Below, in pieces: positions 36,570 to 46,733 of a stretch of 64,000 bases of DNA. Numbering within the stretch: the first letter of the stretch is position 1; the number at the start of each line of letters is the position of its first letter. This stretch comes from a phage: sequence record PZ445530.1; one strand, 5' to 3'. The translations under genes were made by a program, and so were the position numbers. The notes under the pieces are model-generated. The model was given only the letters and a program-made list of their open reading frames with translations. It did no database searches and was not told where the DNA came from.

Positions 36570-37616
36570 TTAAGCTTCTTCGACAATTCCTGCACCCAGG
36601 ATTTTTTCATTGAGCTCTTTTGCTGTTTTAATAATATTGTCCACCAGACGCTTGCGAGTCTTATCTTTTACCTTAACCTCTTCACCGCCGTTCAGGGTTG
36701 TCTTCAATTGGGACAGAATGTCTTGAAGTTCAACGACAGAGAATCGCTGCAGATCTTCTGAGGTAATCTCACCTAAGGCAATCTTAATGGTCTCACCACT
36801 TTCCATCTGCAGATTTAGGAACACAGTGTGAACATCACCTTTCGAACCAACCGCTTTCGCAGATTCAACAGCATGAACTAGCTCATCTAAAGAGGTGCAC
36901 TGGTGAATCTCAGGAAGACCTGCTTCACCTAACACGCCTTCATCACCTTTTGCCAGAAGCTTTTTAGGTTTTTGTCCGTTCTGGATGCGCTGTATGTTAC
37001 CTTCATCCAGAATGATGGCTCCAGTTCGAGCTGCCAGCTCCTCTCCGTCCAACCACACTTCACCACCAGCTGTGATGGATGCGATCTCATCTTCTGTCAG
37101 CACCCCACCGTAGTATTTTTCGATCAGGCGTTCAAAACGTTTTTTCCAGTAGCTGACCTGAGTATTCATGTTCACACCGTTACCATAAGTGCCACCTTGA
37201 TAGTAGTGGAACATAAATTCTGTGTCCGGAGCCACAGTGCGTTCTTTACAACCCAGCCATAAGATTGTTCCCGCAGAGCAGCACATCCCTTCAGCATGTG
37301 CAACAACGCTTGCCTGAGACTCGCGGAATGCCTGCAGATAAGCCATTGCAATGTGCACGCAACCACCAGGGCTATTGATGATCACCCGAATGCTTTCTTC
37401 CGGCTGAGCCATACGGATCGTCTGCAGACGAGACATATGATCCTGCAGGTCTTCCAAATCGTCGATATAAAGAACGTGGTCAACAACAGGTGTTGGGTAG
37501 CTGTATGTTTCCATGATACCGCCCGGCATACCAAACATTTTATTACTCATAGGTTCGAAACCGTTCTGTTTTTCTTTCATGCCGTGTACCATGGTGCTGC
37601 GAGGTGTTAAATTCAT
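36570..37616 (-). CDS. ClpP-like serine peptidase (S14 family) with N- and C-terminal extensions
   Basis: INSPGGCV... GMCCSAGTIL ... FMFHYYQGG align with ClpP INSPGG / GQAASMGAFLL / MIHQPLGG. Confidence 0.6.
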   Translation of the reverse strand: MNLTPRSTMVHGMKEKQNGFEPMSNKMFGMPGGIMETYSYPTPVVDHVLYIDDLEDLQDHMSRLQTIRMAQPEESIRVIINSPGGCVHIAMAYLQAFRESQASVVAHAEGMCCSAGTILWLGCKERTVAPDTEFMFHYYQGGTYGNGVNMNTQVSYWKKRFERLIEKYYGGVLTEDEIASITAGGEVWLDGEELAARTGAIILDEGNIQRIQNGQKPKKLLAKGDEGVLGEAGLPEIHQCTSLDELVHAVESAKAVGSKGDVHTVFLNLQMESGETIKIALGEITSEDLQRFSVVELQDILSQLKTTLNGGEEVKVKDKTRKRLVDNIIKTAKELNEKILGAGIVEEA

Positions 37617-37676
37617 GAGAAATCCTTAATATTGGAAGTTGAAAGCTATTTATTTAAACCTGATTCACATTTACCT

Positions 37677-37988
37677 TTATTTAGCAATCACTATGGAATA
37701 CTTACGATTGTCAGAAGCATCACAACTCAATGATTGCCAGTCTACCACATACCACGTATCATTGTCAACAATTACTTTATCGCCTGTTCTGTAGCAAGTG
37801 CTGCTTTCAATAATTCGAGACTCGATAAAGAATCTGTGTCGGCGCTCACGTAGCAACGCTAAGTTAATTATATTACCACCGCTGTCCTTGGTCCACACAT
37901 TCTTGGATCCTTTATTTGCCAAAATTGTCTCGCCGTTATAGACAAACAGGCAGTATATTTTATTCAATCTCTCTTGTATTGTAGCCAT
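37677..37988 (-). CDS. hypothetical protein
   Basis: ATG with upstream minus-strand promoter TTGACA-17-TATTAT. Confidence 0.45.
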   Translation of the reverse strand: MATIQERLNKIYCLFVYNGETILANKGSKNVWTKDSGGNIINLALLRERRHRFFIESRIIESSTCYRTGDKVIVDNDTWYVVDWQSLSCDASDNRKYSIVIAK

Positions 37989-38089
37989 ACTGTCCTTCTC
38001 TTTGTTTTGTCCGATAATAATATCTAAAGCTTGCCTATTTGTCAACAACTGTTTTAGATATTTAAGGGTGGAATAACCACCCTTCTATA

Positions 38090-38878
38090 TTACTCGGAAA
38101 CAGGGGTCCAAATATGATTTGCACGATCCTCAATAAGATTGAGTGCGATCTGACGACCCAACCCGGAACGAACGACATCGTCTGGACTATCAAAGCTGAT
38201 CATTCCAACCTCAGGATCTGGATGACGAGTAAAGAAATCCGTCACCCATGCAAGTCCAGATTTACCAGGGATGTCACGTTGGCTATTATCCCCCATAATT
38301 ACAAGGGTGGCCTGATCAGAGATCCTTGTGATAATTGACAACATTTCTTCAGGGTTAGTTTGCTGTGCCTCGTCAATCAGGACAAAGCATCGCTCATCGA
38401 AACTACGACCACGAATGCTTTCAACTTCACAAATCTCGATACGGCTGTTCTGACCGTCTCCCAGCATTGCGGCAAAAGCACCTTTGCCAACACGGCGACA
38501 AATCGTGTCCATCATGCTTCGAAGATAGGGCCACAGTTTCTGCATTGCATTTCCAGGTTTAAATCCTGAAGTCTTCCCTGTCTGAACGTAAGGGCGTGCA
38601 ACAATGATCTTATCAATCTCGTTCTTACGCAGAAGATCACCTGCATATGCAGATGCCATGAATGTCTTACCGGATCCAAACACACCGTTTACAATAATAA
38701 TCTTACGTGACCCTAGATAATCAAGGTACTTTTGCTGCTTTTTATTCATTGGTCGGAGAGCTGGAGCGGTGTGCTCTCTTTCGTCAGCAAATTTCTCAGC
38801 AGCCTTACGCAGGCGATCAGATTTGCGAGCCTCTCTAGCTTCATCACGCATGCGTTTTGTTTCTTTAGCTCGACCCAT
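38090..38878 (-). CDS. phoH: PhoH-like ATPase
   Basis: Walker A GVFGSGKTF, Walker B FVLIDEAQ; PhoH-like overall pattern. Confidence 0.7.
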   Translation of the reverse strand: MGRAKETKRMRDEAREARKSDRLRKAAEKFADEREHTAPALRPMNKKQQKYLDYLGSRKIIIVNGVFGSGKTFMASAYAGDLLRKNEIDKIIVARPYVQTGKTSGFKPGNAMQKLWPYLRSMMDTICRRVGKGAFAAMLGDGQNSRIEICEVESIRGRSFDERCFVLIDEAQQTNPEEMLSIITRISDQATLVIMGDNSQRDIPGKSGLAWVTDFFTRHPDPEVGMISFDSPDDVVRSGLGRQIALNLIEDRANHIWTPVSE

Positions 38879-38916
38879 GTTGGGACTCCTTTCAGATTGA
38901 GATGTGCCAAGTACTT

Positions 38917-39267
38917 TTACTGCAACAGTTTTTCAATAGCCGCTTCCATGCTGCTTGCAACAGCCTGAACTCGGATATTCATCTCTTCTTGGTGGATCAG
39001 CTCCTTAAGCTCTTTAATGGTAAATTCTTTAGAGAAACCTTCCACCATAATCTTGTGCAAGGCTTCTTGCGTGTCTACTTGCAAGAACTTTTCCAGTTTG
39101 TTGGCAGAGGCTTCTAAATCAGCCCGAATACGAGGGTCATCTGTGCGATTCAGCATTAGGCGTAAGCCATCAAGATTAGTAGAAATAGCATCTGCATGTT
39201 GAGTAACTAACCGTGGCAAAATGAGATCTACAACCTTATTAGCCAAATCGATACGTTCTTGTGTCAC
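38917..39267 (-). CDS. hypothetical protein
   Basis: 116-aa ORF. Confidence 0.5.
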   Translation of the reverse strand: MTQERIDLANKVVDLILPRLVTQHADAISTNLDGLRLMLNRTDDPRIRADLEASANKLEKFLQVDTQEALHKIMVEGFSKEFTIKELKELIHQEEMNIRVQAVASSMEAAIEKLLQ

Positions 39268-39377
39268 TGTTGCACCCCCTCTTCATCTTCATGATGTTTC
39301 TTTTCACGCTTGTGTTTTTTCTTAAGCTCAAGCGCAATCTCTTTCTTGTACGCCTTCTTCAAGGCTTTTTTAGCCAT
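39264..39377 (-). CDS. small lysine-rich protein (37 aa)
   Basis: ATG after GGAGG SD; MAKKALKKAYKKEIALELKKKHKREKK...; stop overlaps next start. Confidence 0.3.
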   Translation of the reverse strand: MAKKALKKAYKKEIALELKKKHKREKKHHEDEEGVQQ

Positions 39378-39408
39378 TTGGCACCTCCTCTGCTTTCATT
39401 TTACGATA

Positions 39409-39438
39409 ATTATACCTATCTACACCAAGCTTTGTCAA
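39409..39438 (-). promoter_or_regulatory. sigma70 consensus promoter (minus strand)
   Basis: TTGACA-18nt-TATAAT read on minus strand. Confidence 0.5.
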
Positions 39439-39441
39439 CAA

Positions 39442-39915
39442 CTAGTCTACCTGAACCCAACCGCCTGCTACTTTTTTAAACATTCTTTGGTTATCGCTGC
39501 CTCGGAACGGTTTCTTGGTTGGTAAATCTTTTACATACTTACCGTCAATGATGATATCAGCCAGTTTAAGAACATCACTAGAGATATGGTCAAATGTGAA
39601 CCCAGTATATACAAGAATAGTTTTCTTGTCACCAAATTTTTCCTTAATTTTCTCCATCAGGCTAATAATACCTGGCTCATTATAGTATGCTAAGGGTTCT
39701 CCACCCAGCAGAGAGATACCGCACACAGACGGGTTATCCAGATCTGACAAGATTTTTTGCAAATCTTCTTCAGTGAACTCCCTCCCCTTATCTTTTGACC
39801 AAAATGCCTGATTAAAGCAACCAGGGCAAGCGTGTGGGCACCCAGATACCCACAAGGCAGTTCTAATACCTGGCCCTTCTGTGTAAGATACTTCTGTGTA
39901 TCCGACAATGTTCAT
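39442..39915 (-). CDS. nrdG: anaerobic ribonucleotide reductase activating protein (radical SAM)
   Basis: CPHACPGC (CxxxCxxC) cluster near N-terminus; adjacent to nrdD. Confidence 0.75.
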   Translation of the reverse strand: MNIVGYTEVSYTEGPGIRTALWVSGCPHACPGCFNQAFWSKDKGREFTEEDLQKILSDLDNPSVCGISLLGGEPLAYYNEPGIISLMEKIKEKFGDKKTILVYTGFTFDHISSDVLKLADIIIDGKYVKDLPTKKPFRGSDNQRMFKKVAGGWVQVD

Positions 39916-39944
39916 AGATACTCCGTATCACATTTAGGGCAATG

Positions 39945-40028
39945 TCAAATAAAATCGTCTAGTGCCTTGCACCAACGAAGATTGCAACGACAACCACACT
40001 TGCAAATTTTATAAATACCTGTAGACAT
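39945..40028 (-). CDS. cysteine-rich micro-protein (27 aa) between nrdD and nrdG
   Basis: MSTGIYKICKCGCRCNLRWCKALDDFI; GGAGG SD 6 nt upstream of ATG. Confidence 0.35.
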   Translation of the reverse strand: MSTGIYKICKCGCRCNLRWCKALDDFI

Positions 40029-40091
40029 ACTGTACCTCCTAGCCCACTGTGTGTCAATAATATGCCACATCCTTGTGGCTTTTGTCAAGTA

Positions 40092-42215
40092 TCAGCAACT
40101 ACAACTTCCATAGTGCTTAACTCGCTCGATAACTTCCGCTTGCTTACCTTTATTGTAAGGACGGGAGTTAGGACTGGAAAGGTATCCAGACACTCTTCGG
40201 ATCACTGAGATATATTGTTCATCGTGGCATCCGCACGCAGGGCAGCAGAACCCTTTAGCTGTTGCACTGAACTCACCAGAGAAACCACACTTGAGACATT
40301 TATCTACAGGTTGGTTAATACCAAAATACATAATGTGTTTATACCCGAAGTCAACAAGAGCCTCTAAAGCATCCAGGTTGTTTTTCAGGTTAGGTGTCTC
40401 TACGTATCCGATGTTGCCACCAGAGGAGATCATAGCAAAACCTTCCTCATACTCCCACTTATCAAAAGGAGAGCTATTTATCCATACTGGCTGATGGAAA
40501 CTGTTGGTGAGATATTCATGCTCGTGCTTCAACACTTCCGGATATTCACGATCCAGACAGGTTGCAGCTTTATAGCATAGACTCTCAGAAGGAGTGCCGT
40601 ACAAGCTAAACGCTAGTCTACTTTCCTTCTTGTATCGCTCACAAGCATCTCTCATGTGCTGAAGGATTCCAAGAGCTAAAGCCTTGTCACCCTCTCTACC
40701 CAAAATCTGACAGGTTTCATACACACCAATATACCCAATACTGATGGAAGCGTACCCGTCATAGAAGAGTTTATCAATACTCTCTTCAGGATCCAGGCGA
40801 GCAAGAGCTCCTTCACACCACATGATGGGGTTCTGCCCTGCCTTTGTTCCTTTTAGACGGTTAACCCTTACAAGGTGAGCCTCGTATGCAAGATCCAAGT
40901 ATTCGTCAAGAACTGCAAAGAAATCAACACCTTCCGTCTTAGCTTTTGCCGCAATCATTGGCAGGTTAAGGCTAACAACGCCTAAGTTAAATCTGCCAAG
41001 GTATTTCTCCTCGCCTGTTTCCAAGTCATTGTATTTGCTAAGAAAACTCCTGCAACCCATGCTAGTTACTTTGCCATCTGTCGAGCCTGTCACTTTTCTA
41101 TTTAGTGGTACAGATACGAAGTCAGGATAGATACGTTCTGCACAGCATTCCAGAGCTAATCGTTTCAAATCATAGTTAGGATCCCCAGGGTTCATGTTGA
41201 CACCCTCTTCCAGGAAGAACAGCACTTTAGGGAACACAGGTGTGATACGTTCTTCACCAAGACCCATTTTGTGGACTTTCAAGTAGTTTTTGGTAATCAT
41301 TCTACCAAAGACCGAGGTATCCAGCCCTAAACTTAATGTTATGAATGGAGTTTGCCCGTTGACAGAGGTTAACGTATTGATTTGATAGAGCAAAGTCTGC
41401 ATGCTGTCAAATACGTCTTTATCTGTCATTTGCATTGCAACAGTCTCAGCATCTGGCAACCAATGTTCCTGGCAAAATTTAAGGTTCTTCTCATAAGTTG
41501 CTTCAGCATATTGTGCCAGATAATGATCAATATGGCTCATAGTCTGACCACCATATTGAGCACTAGCTACCGCACTAGAGATTTGGCTAAGGATTGTTGT
41601 TGCAACCCCTATTGACTTCGGCTTACTGACATGGGCGTTACCAATGTTGAATCCGTTTTCCAACATATCTGGATAATTTACCAAACAACAGTTTGTTAAC
41701 GGACTGATCAAGTAGTCAAGATCATGCACATGGATGAATCCTTTATTGTGCTCTTCGGAGACACGGTCTGGCAGGATCTGTGTTGATGCAAGGTGTTTGC
41801 TAAGAATACCTGCAAGCAGGTCGCGATGAGTGTGTACATGATTAGTAGGCTTATTTGCGTTTTCTTTTGTAAATTCATCACAAGTTCGATCCAAGAAGCC
41901 ACTAATATCTGCAAGCAGTTTTCCACCTGCCTCTCTGTTATTATCTCTTGTCTGTCTATACTGGATGTATTCTCTGGCTGCACATTTTAAACCCATATCC
42001 ATAAGAGCATCTTCAACAAGGATATGGATATTTTTTACAGAGATCGTGCACTGGTCGGTTGGTAGATTGTTAGCAACAACTTCATTAACTGCACAAGCTA
42101 TCCGGTAAGCTTCTTCTTCAGTATGTCCAGACTCAAGTAAGGCGGACTCTGCCGCCTTGATCACCTTAATTCCGTTATAAAACTCTTCTCTACCGTCCCG
42201 TTTTACAACTTTCAC
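40092..42215 (-). CDS. nrdD: anaerobic ribonucleoside-triphosphate reductase (class III)
   Basis: C-terminal glycyl-radical motif RVSGYLS and Zn site CLKCG...CPACGC; 707 aa. Confidence 0.85.
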   Translation of the reverse strand: MKVVKRDGREEFYNGIKVIKAAESALLESGHTEEEAYRIACAVNEVVANNLPTDQCTISVKNIHILVEDALMDMGLKCAAREYIQYRQTRDNNREAGGKLLADISGFLDRTCDEFTKENANKPTNHVHTHRDLLAGILSKHLASTQILPDRVSEEHNKGFIHVHDLDYLISPLTNCCLVNYPDMLENGFNIGNAHVSKPKSIGVATTILSQISSAVASAQYGGQTMSHIDHYLAQYAEATYEKNLKFCQEHWLPDAETVAMQMTDKDVFDSMQTLLYQINTLTSVNGQTPFITLSLGLDTSVFGRMITKNYLKVHKMGLGEERITPVFPKVLFFLEEGVNMNPGDPNYDLKRLALECCAERIYPDFVSVPLNRKVTGSTDGKVTSMGCRSFLSKYNDLETGEEKYLGRFNLGVVSLNLPMIAAKAKTEGVDFFAVLDEYLDLAYEAHLVRVNRLKGTKAGQNPIMWCEGALARLDPEESIDKLFYDGYASISIGYIGVYETCQILGREGDKALALGILQHMRDACERYKKESRLAFSLYGTPSESLCYKAATCLDREYPEVLKHEHEYLTNSFHQPVWINSSPFDKWEYEEGFAMISSGGNIGYVETPNLKNNLDALEALVDFGYKHIMYFGINQPVDKCLKCGFSGEFSATAKGFCCPACGCHDEQYISVIRRVSGYLSSPNSRPYNKGKQAEVIERVKHYGSCSC

Positions 42216-42490
42216 TTTTTCTCTCCAAAACCATTCTTAACAAAAGAGATGAAATCGTCTGCACCGCCTATATGGACACTGTCAAGATCGCTTTCTAAGA
42301 AGATCTGCGGCAACGTTCTGGGGACGATTGGACTACACTTCTCAATAAGCTCTTCTTTTGTGTAGCCCTCGCCAAGTGTCTTATATACAAAAGGCAGACC
42401 TTTGCTGATTGCAAATTCTTTTGCTCTGACACAATGTGGGCAGTTATCCTTACCGTAAATGATGATGAAAAAAGATTTTTCGCAGCTCAT
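42212..42490 (-). CDS. glutaredoxin/NrdH-like redoxin
   Basis: CPHC active-site motif near N-terminus; located between nrdB and nrdD. Confidence 0.65.
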   Translation of the reverse strand: MSCEKSFFIIIYGKDNCPHCVRAKEFAISKGLPFVYKTLGEGYTKEELIEKCSPIVPRTLPQIFLESDLDSVHIGGADDFISFVKNGFGEKK

Positions 42491-42493
42491 ATA

Positions 42494-43582
42494 TTAAAAC
42501 TCCCAAATTTCTTCTTCAGCGTCGTTAACAGTTGTGTTGACGCGGTAGTCAGTGTTCGACATTTCTTGGTTCGCCGTCTGTTGCAATGAAGGTTTCATCC
42601 ACACCTGCATAAACGGTAGCGGGTCCTTTGTTGGCGGCACAAAGTCTTTGTCGATGTCGTAGTAATCATAAATCGGTGAGCAGTTATAGTCAACCCACTC
42701 TTTAAGCAACGGTGAGTTAAGACCTATAATCGCTCTTCCTTCGCTGAAAATATAGTCACTCCAGCCGTACTCTTTGGTTCGTACTTCATCAAGAATCTCT
42801 TTTAACTCCCCCTTTATCTCAAGGAAGCTTTTCTCCCATGCGGGATCATTAAGCAAGATATCAATGATGGCAAAATCACCTTTCGAATGTAGCATTTCGT
42901 CAAGCATGATTTTTTGAACAAGCTGCGCCACCTGAACAAAGATACCCTGTTCAGCTACTGCGAAAGTGCATGCAAAACTTGCAATAAACTCAATACTTTC
43001 CAGAGCTAAAAGTGCAAAAAGCGCTCTAAGAATGCATTTCCGCACAACATCTTCTTCAACACTAGAAGGATCCAGTCGGTATTTTGCACCAATAACCTCA
43101 AGCTCTTGCATGTATTTGACAATAACTCCGGATCTGCTCAGAACGTTTTGGTTTTCCTGAATCTCTTCTATAATCTCACGGGCATTAGGGAGGCATTGTC
43201 TAACAATCTCTGAGTAAGTTAGTGCGTGAAGAACTTCAATCTCTGACTGTTTCATCAATAGAGTGAAAAGCTCACTATTAGTGATGAATGGTGAAAAGAG
43301 GCAGATGATCGATCTTGCCGCAACGCTATCAGCCTCCCATTGCCACATCAAGGTCTGCACCATCACGTCATAAGTTGACTTTGAGCATGTTACAAAATCT
43401 GAAATAGATTGCGACAAATCCACTTCATCCTCTGCCCAATCTTGCTCTTTTTGTTTTTTGTATAGTTCAAACAGTTGTGGATATTTTTTGTTGATAGAGT
43501 CGTACATACCCATTTGCTGTCCCAGAAACAGCGGATAGTCACCAGTTTTATGAGCGGTGTTCTCAGCATTAAATACAGCCAT
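42494..43582 (-). CDS. nrdB: ribonucleotide reductase class I small (beta) subunit
   Basis: size and position next to nrdA; helical ferritin-like pattern; ATG at 43582 with GAGGT SD (track ORF extends to 43642). Confidence 0.7.
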   Translation of the reverse strand: MAVFNAENTAHKTGDYPLFLGQQMGMYDSINKKYPQLFELYKKQKEQDWAEDEVDLSQSISDFVTCSKSTYDVMVQTLMWQWEADSVAARSIICLFSPFITNSELFTLLMKQSEIEVLHALTYSEIVRQCLPNAREIIEEIQENQNVLSRSGVIVKYMQELEVIGAKYRLDPSSVEEDVVRKCILRALFALLALESIEFIASFACTFAVAEQGIFVQVAQLVQKIMLDEMLHSKGDFAIIDILLNDPAWEKSFLEIKGELKEILDEVRTKEYGWSDYIFSEGRAIIGLNSPLLKEWVDYNCSPIYDYYDIDKDFVPPTKDPLPFMQVWMKPSLQQTANQEMSNTDYRVNTTVNDAEEEIWEF

Positions 43583-43620
43583 TATTCTACCTCTAAAATG
43601 GGGCCGAAGCCCCTTTAAAA

Positions 43621-45936
43621 TTATAGTGCACAGCTTTCGCAATACGGATCTTCAACTGAACTATCTGCAATCAAAGGATAGTTCTTTCTGGTTTCATCTT
43701 CAGCCTGTTTCTTGGCATGAAGTTCCTCTGCCAAGGAGTCACCAGCACCAACCCTAGAGTTTAAATAATACCATGTCTTCATCCCGAATTTAGTGGCACG
43801 GATAAGGTACCCTAACTGCTCCTTCATTGAAATTTTACCATCTTTCAACTTGGTGTAGTCTATGTATAAATCCGCGCTGATTGCCTGACCTGTGAATTTT
43901 TGAATCACGGCATACATATCGATCATGTCGTTAGTATCAACGTCCCAAGCCGAGGTGTAATACTCTTTCAACTCATCATAGTCAGGAACGATAAACAGCA
44001 CCTGCCCTTGTGGCGACTTTTTAAAGATAATGTGCTCACGGACAGGATAAACCCCGTTAGTGGTGTTTGTTGCCAGCGAAGAGCTTTCATTAGGCATATA
44101 TGCTTCAAGAACGCTATTACGTAGCCCACCATTCTCAATGATTTCTTTACGTAACCCTTCCCAATCCTGTTTAAGAGAAGGATCTTTCACCACGCTATCG
44201 ACCTCTTTGTTATAGGTGTCGATTGGTAACCAACCTTCTGGATATTTTGTTTTATGCATCCACTCGCAGACACCACGCTCTTTTGCCAACCGTAAACTTG
44301 CCTTATGCAAGCTGTAGCTGTGAAGTTCTGCAAGATCGTGAACGAGCTGTTTACTTTCAGGAGACCCGTAAGTAACCTTGTGGCTGGCAATAAAATGTGC
44401 AACATTGGTAAGGCCAACCCCGATGGATCTGCGTTTTTTAACTGTGCTTTCCATATTTTCATACGGATATGTCATGATTTCCATAACATTGTCAATCATA
44501 AGCACCGTGTAGTATGCAACATCCTCATACTCCTCTGGAGTAACCCTTCCAGCTACAAGAGATGACAGGAAGCACAATGCAACCTCTCCATCATCAGCAT
44601 CGTACTTGAAGATATTACGCATATCTGAATAGCCTTTTGTCGGGAGGGCTATTTCTGCACACAGGTTACTTGAATAGATCACATCTTTAAAAGGTGTATG
44701 TCTATTCATCTCATCTGTCCAGTATACATACAGCCTTCCCACCTCAGTACGCTGCGTGATCAGTTCAACAGCAAGATCTCTGGCTCGGATCCATGTTTTA
44801 GGAATACTGTCATCTTTAGCAATACGCTCAACCTCTGCATCGAACTCCTCCATAGACATGGTGAAGATACCCTCATGCAGTTGAGGAGCGTGCTTATAAG
44901 AAACAAGCATCCAATCTAAATTCTTAGCCACACGGTTGATAAACGACCTATTAATACCGATGGAGTAGTCCATGGTGTTGATTCTTTTTGAAGCAACAGT
45001 CATAGGGTTTCTCAAACGGATTAGCTCATCAATCTGCGGGTCCAGTGCAAGGAATGATACTGTTGCAGAACCGCCACGTGATTGTTGTCTGTTCTCCTTA
45101 ACACCAGCATCAATACCTCGATAATATGGAATCTTACCCATATGTTTAATAGTGTTACCACGAACACCATCGCCTGCAGATCTTGAGGATAAGTAGTAGC
45201 CGATACCTGCTTGGTTAACCGTCATTGTGTACGCAACTTCACGTGCCACACCAATAGATTTTGCTGTATCGTCAGCTTTTATTACACAACAAGATGCATA
45301 CCCTGTCTTACCTGTGCGCAGCCCGTTTAAGTACGGTGTCGGGGCATTGATCTTTAAGTCGGACAGATAAGTGTATAATTTTACAACATCGTTGATACGA
45401 CGTTCTTTCGGCATATTCTTCATGACAGCCATTGCTATCCCCATAAACATCATCTGGGGAGATTCAAACAAGGTGTCTTTAAGAGTATCCTTGATCCCGT
45501 ATTTGTCGCGAAACTGTTTAAGGACTGCATAGCCATAACCGAGATCTTTACTGTGGTCAATAACAGCGTCTAAAGTGTTTAGCTCGGTAAAGCTATAACC
45601 CATATCCTCCCAATAACCTTTCTCAACCATGTCATTGTAAAATGATGGTAAGGAAGGGATCTTTGTAAACCCTCCAAAAGCCTCTTTATAGATCTGACCA
45701 ATAAGAACACGACCAGCCATACGGGAATGTGCTTCGTCTTTACGGCTAACACAAGAGTCTATAATAGCTTGGTTAACTTCTTTGGTTGTACATCCATCAT
45801 ACAACCGCTTGTAGGCATCCAGTGCAATATGTGACCAATTGCCGTTACCATCGTCACCGAAAATAGCTGCCTTATTTAAACGTTCTGGATCGAATGCTAC
45901 TTCACATCCGTTGCTTTTAATTACCTTGGTGATCAA
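43621..45936 (-). CDS. nrdA: ribonucleotide reductase class I large (alpha) subunit
   Basis: 771 aa; C-terminal redox cysteines ...CESCAL; gene order nrdA-nrdB. Confidence 0.8.
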   Translation of the reverse strand: MITKVIKSNGCEVAFDPERLNKAAIFGDDGNGNWSHIALDAYKRLYDGCTTKEVNQAIIDSCVSRKDEAHSRMAGRVLIGQIYKEAFGGFTKIPSLPSFYNDMVEKGYWEDMGYSFTELNTLDAVIDHSKDLGYGYAVLKQFRDKYGIKDTLKDTLFESPQMMFMGIAMAVMKNMPKERRINDVVKLYTYLSDLKINAPTPYLNGLRTGKTGYASCCVIKADDTAKSIGVAREVAYTMTVNQAGIGYYLSSRSAGDGVRGNTIKHMGKIPYYRGIDAGVKENRQQSRGGSATVSFLALDPQIDELIRLRNPMTVASKRINTMDYSIGINRSFINRVAKNLDWMLVSYKHAPQLHEGIFTMSMEEFDAEVERIAKDDSIPKTWIRARDLAVELITQRTEVGRLYVYWTDEMNRHTPFKDVIYSSNLCAEIALPTKGYSDMRNIFKYDADDGEVALCFLSSLVAGRVTPEEYEDVAYYTVLMIDNVMEIMTYPYENMESTVKKRRSIGVGLTNVAHFIASHKVTYGSPESKQLVHDLAELHSYSLHKASLRLAKERGVCEWMHKTKYPEGWLPIDTYNKEVDSVVKDPSLKQDWEGLRKEIIENGGLRNSVLEAYMPNESSSLATNTTNGVYPVREHIIFKKSPQGQVLFIVPDYDELKEYYTSAWDVDTNDMIDMYAVIQKFTGQAISADLYIDYTKLKDGKISMKEQLGYLIRATKFGMKTWYYLNSRVGAGDSLAEELHAKKQAEDETRKNYPLIADSSVEDPYCESCAL

Positions 45937-46241
45937 TTTGCTTCCTCCACTTCACTAACGTATTTATCAAGGCAGGTATCAGTATCTTGCTGGATAAAAG
46001 TATCCTCTTCTACAGAGATATTTATAATTTTACCTGTATACTCGTCATAATAGACATCATCATACATTTTAATATCGTTTGTCAGGCCATTGAACCAAAG
46101 CCAACCAACATACTCTGCCCGACTTGCAAAACCAAGATCCTTCCACTTGGAGTTATGACTCATCTTCACCACCTTAGCTTTCAATACCGAATAATTTTTC
46201 CAGGCGATGCAGATCTTCAAAATTGAAAGGTTCATCAACAA
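45933..46241 (-). CDS. hypothetical protein
   Basis: 102-aa ORF. Confidence 0.45.
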   Translation of the reverse strand: MLMNLSILKICIAWKNYSVLKAKVVKMSHNSKWKDLGFASRAEYVGWLWFNGLTNDIKMYDDVYYDEYTGKIINISVEEDTFIQQDTDTCLDKYVSEVEEAN

Positions 46242-46674
46242 TATGAATATCTTCAGCCTTTTCAGATTGTTTTGTATACTTTCTTACATTAACACGATCC
46301 TCTACAGGGATATCATACGGGAGATCTTGAACAAGCATTGCCTCACCAGGTGCTTTATCTACATCTAAAATATCTACACCGTTATACATTTGTGGGTATC
46401 TAAAGTCTGCACGCATGACACCAGCAAATACATCTGCCTTTCGATAATGTGTTGGCTTATTTTTGCATCGAACGTTTTTTCCACGAAGAACATCAATACT
46501 TTTTAAATCAAACCCTACGGCAAAGAGTGCAGCTCGGAGACCGTTTCGTGTGCGAACGTTAAACCCGGGGACGGTAGATAGAAAATCTAAAGTAACTGAA
46601 ATAAATGTCTTTTTAGGAATCATAACATTACTCATATCTGTCTCCATTTCTGGCTCACCAACAAAGTGAGCCAT
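46174..46674 (-). CDS. hypothetical protein
   Basis: 166-aa ORF. Confidence 0.5.
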   Translation of the reverse strand: MAHFVGEPEMETDMSNVMIPKKTFISVTLDFLSTVPGFNVRTRNGLRAALFAVGFDLKSIDVLRGKNVRCKNKPTHYRKADVFAGVMRADFRYPQMYNGVDILDVDKAPGEAMLVQDLPYDIPVEDRVNVRKYTKQSEKAEDIHIVDEPFNFEDLHRLEKLFGIES

Positions 46675-46733
46675 TATTATAGATTATCTAATACTATTAG
46701 TCAACACAAAAGTTACCTATCGCTGTGATAGGA

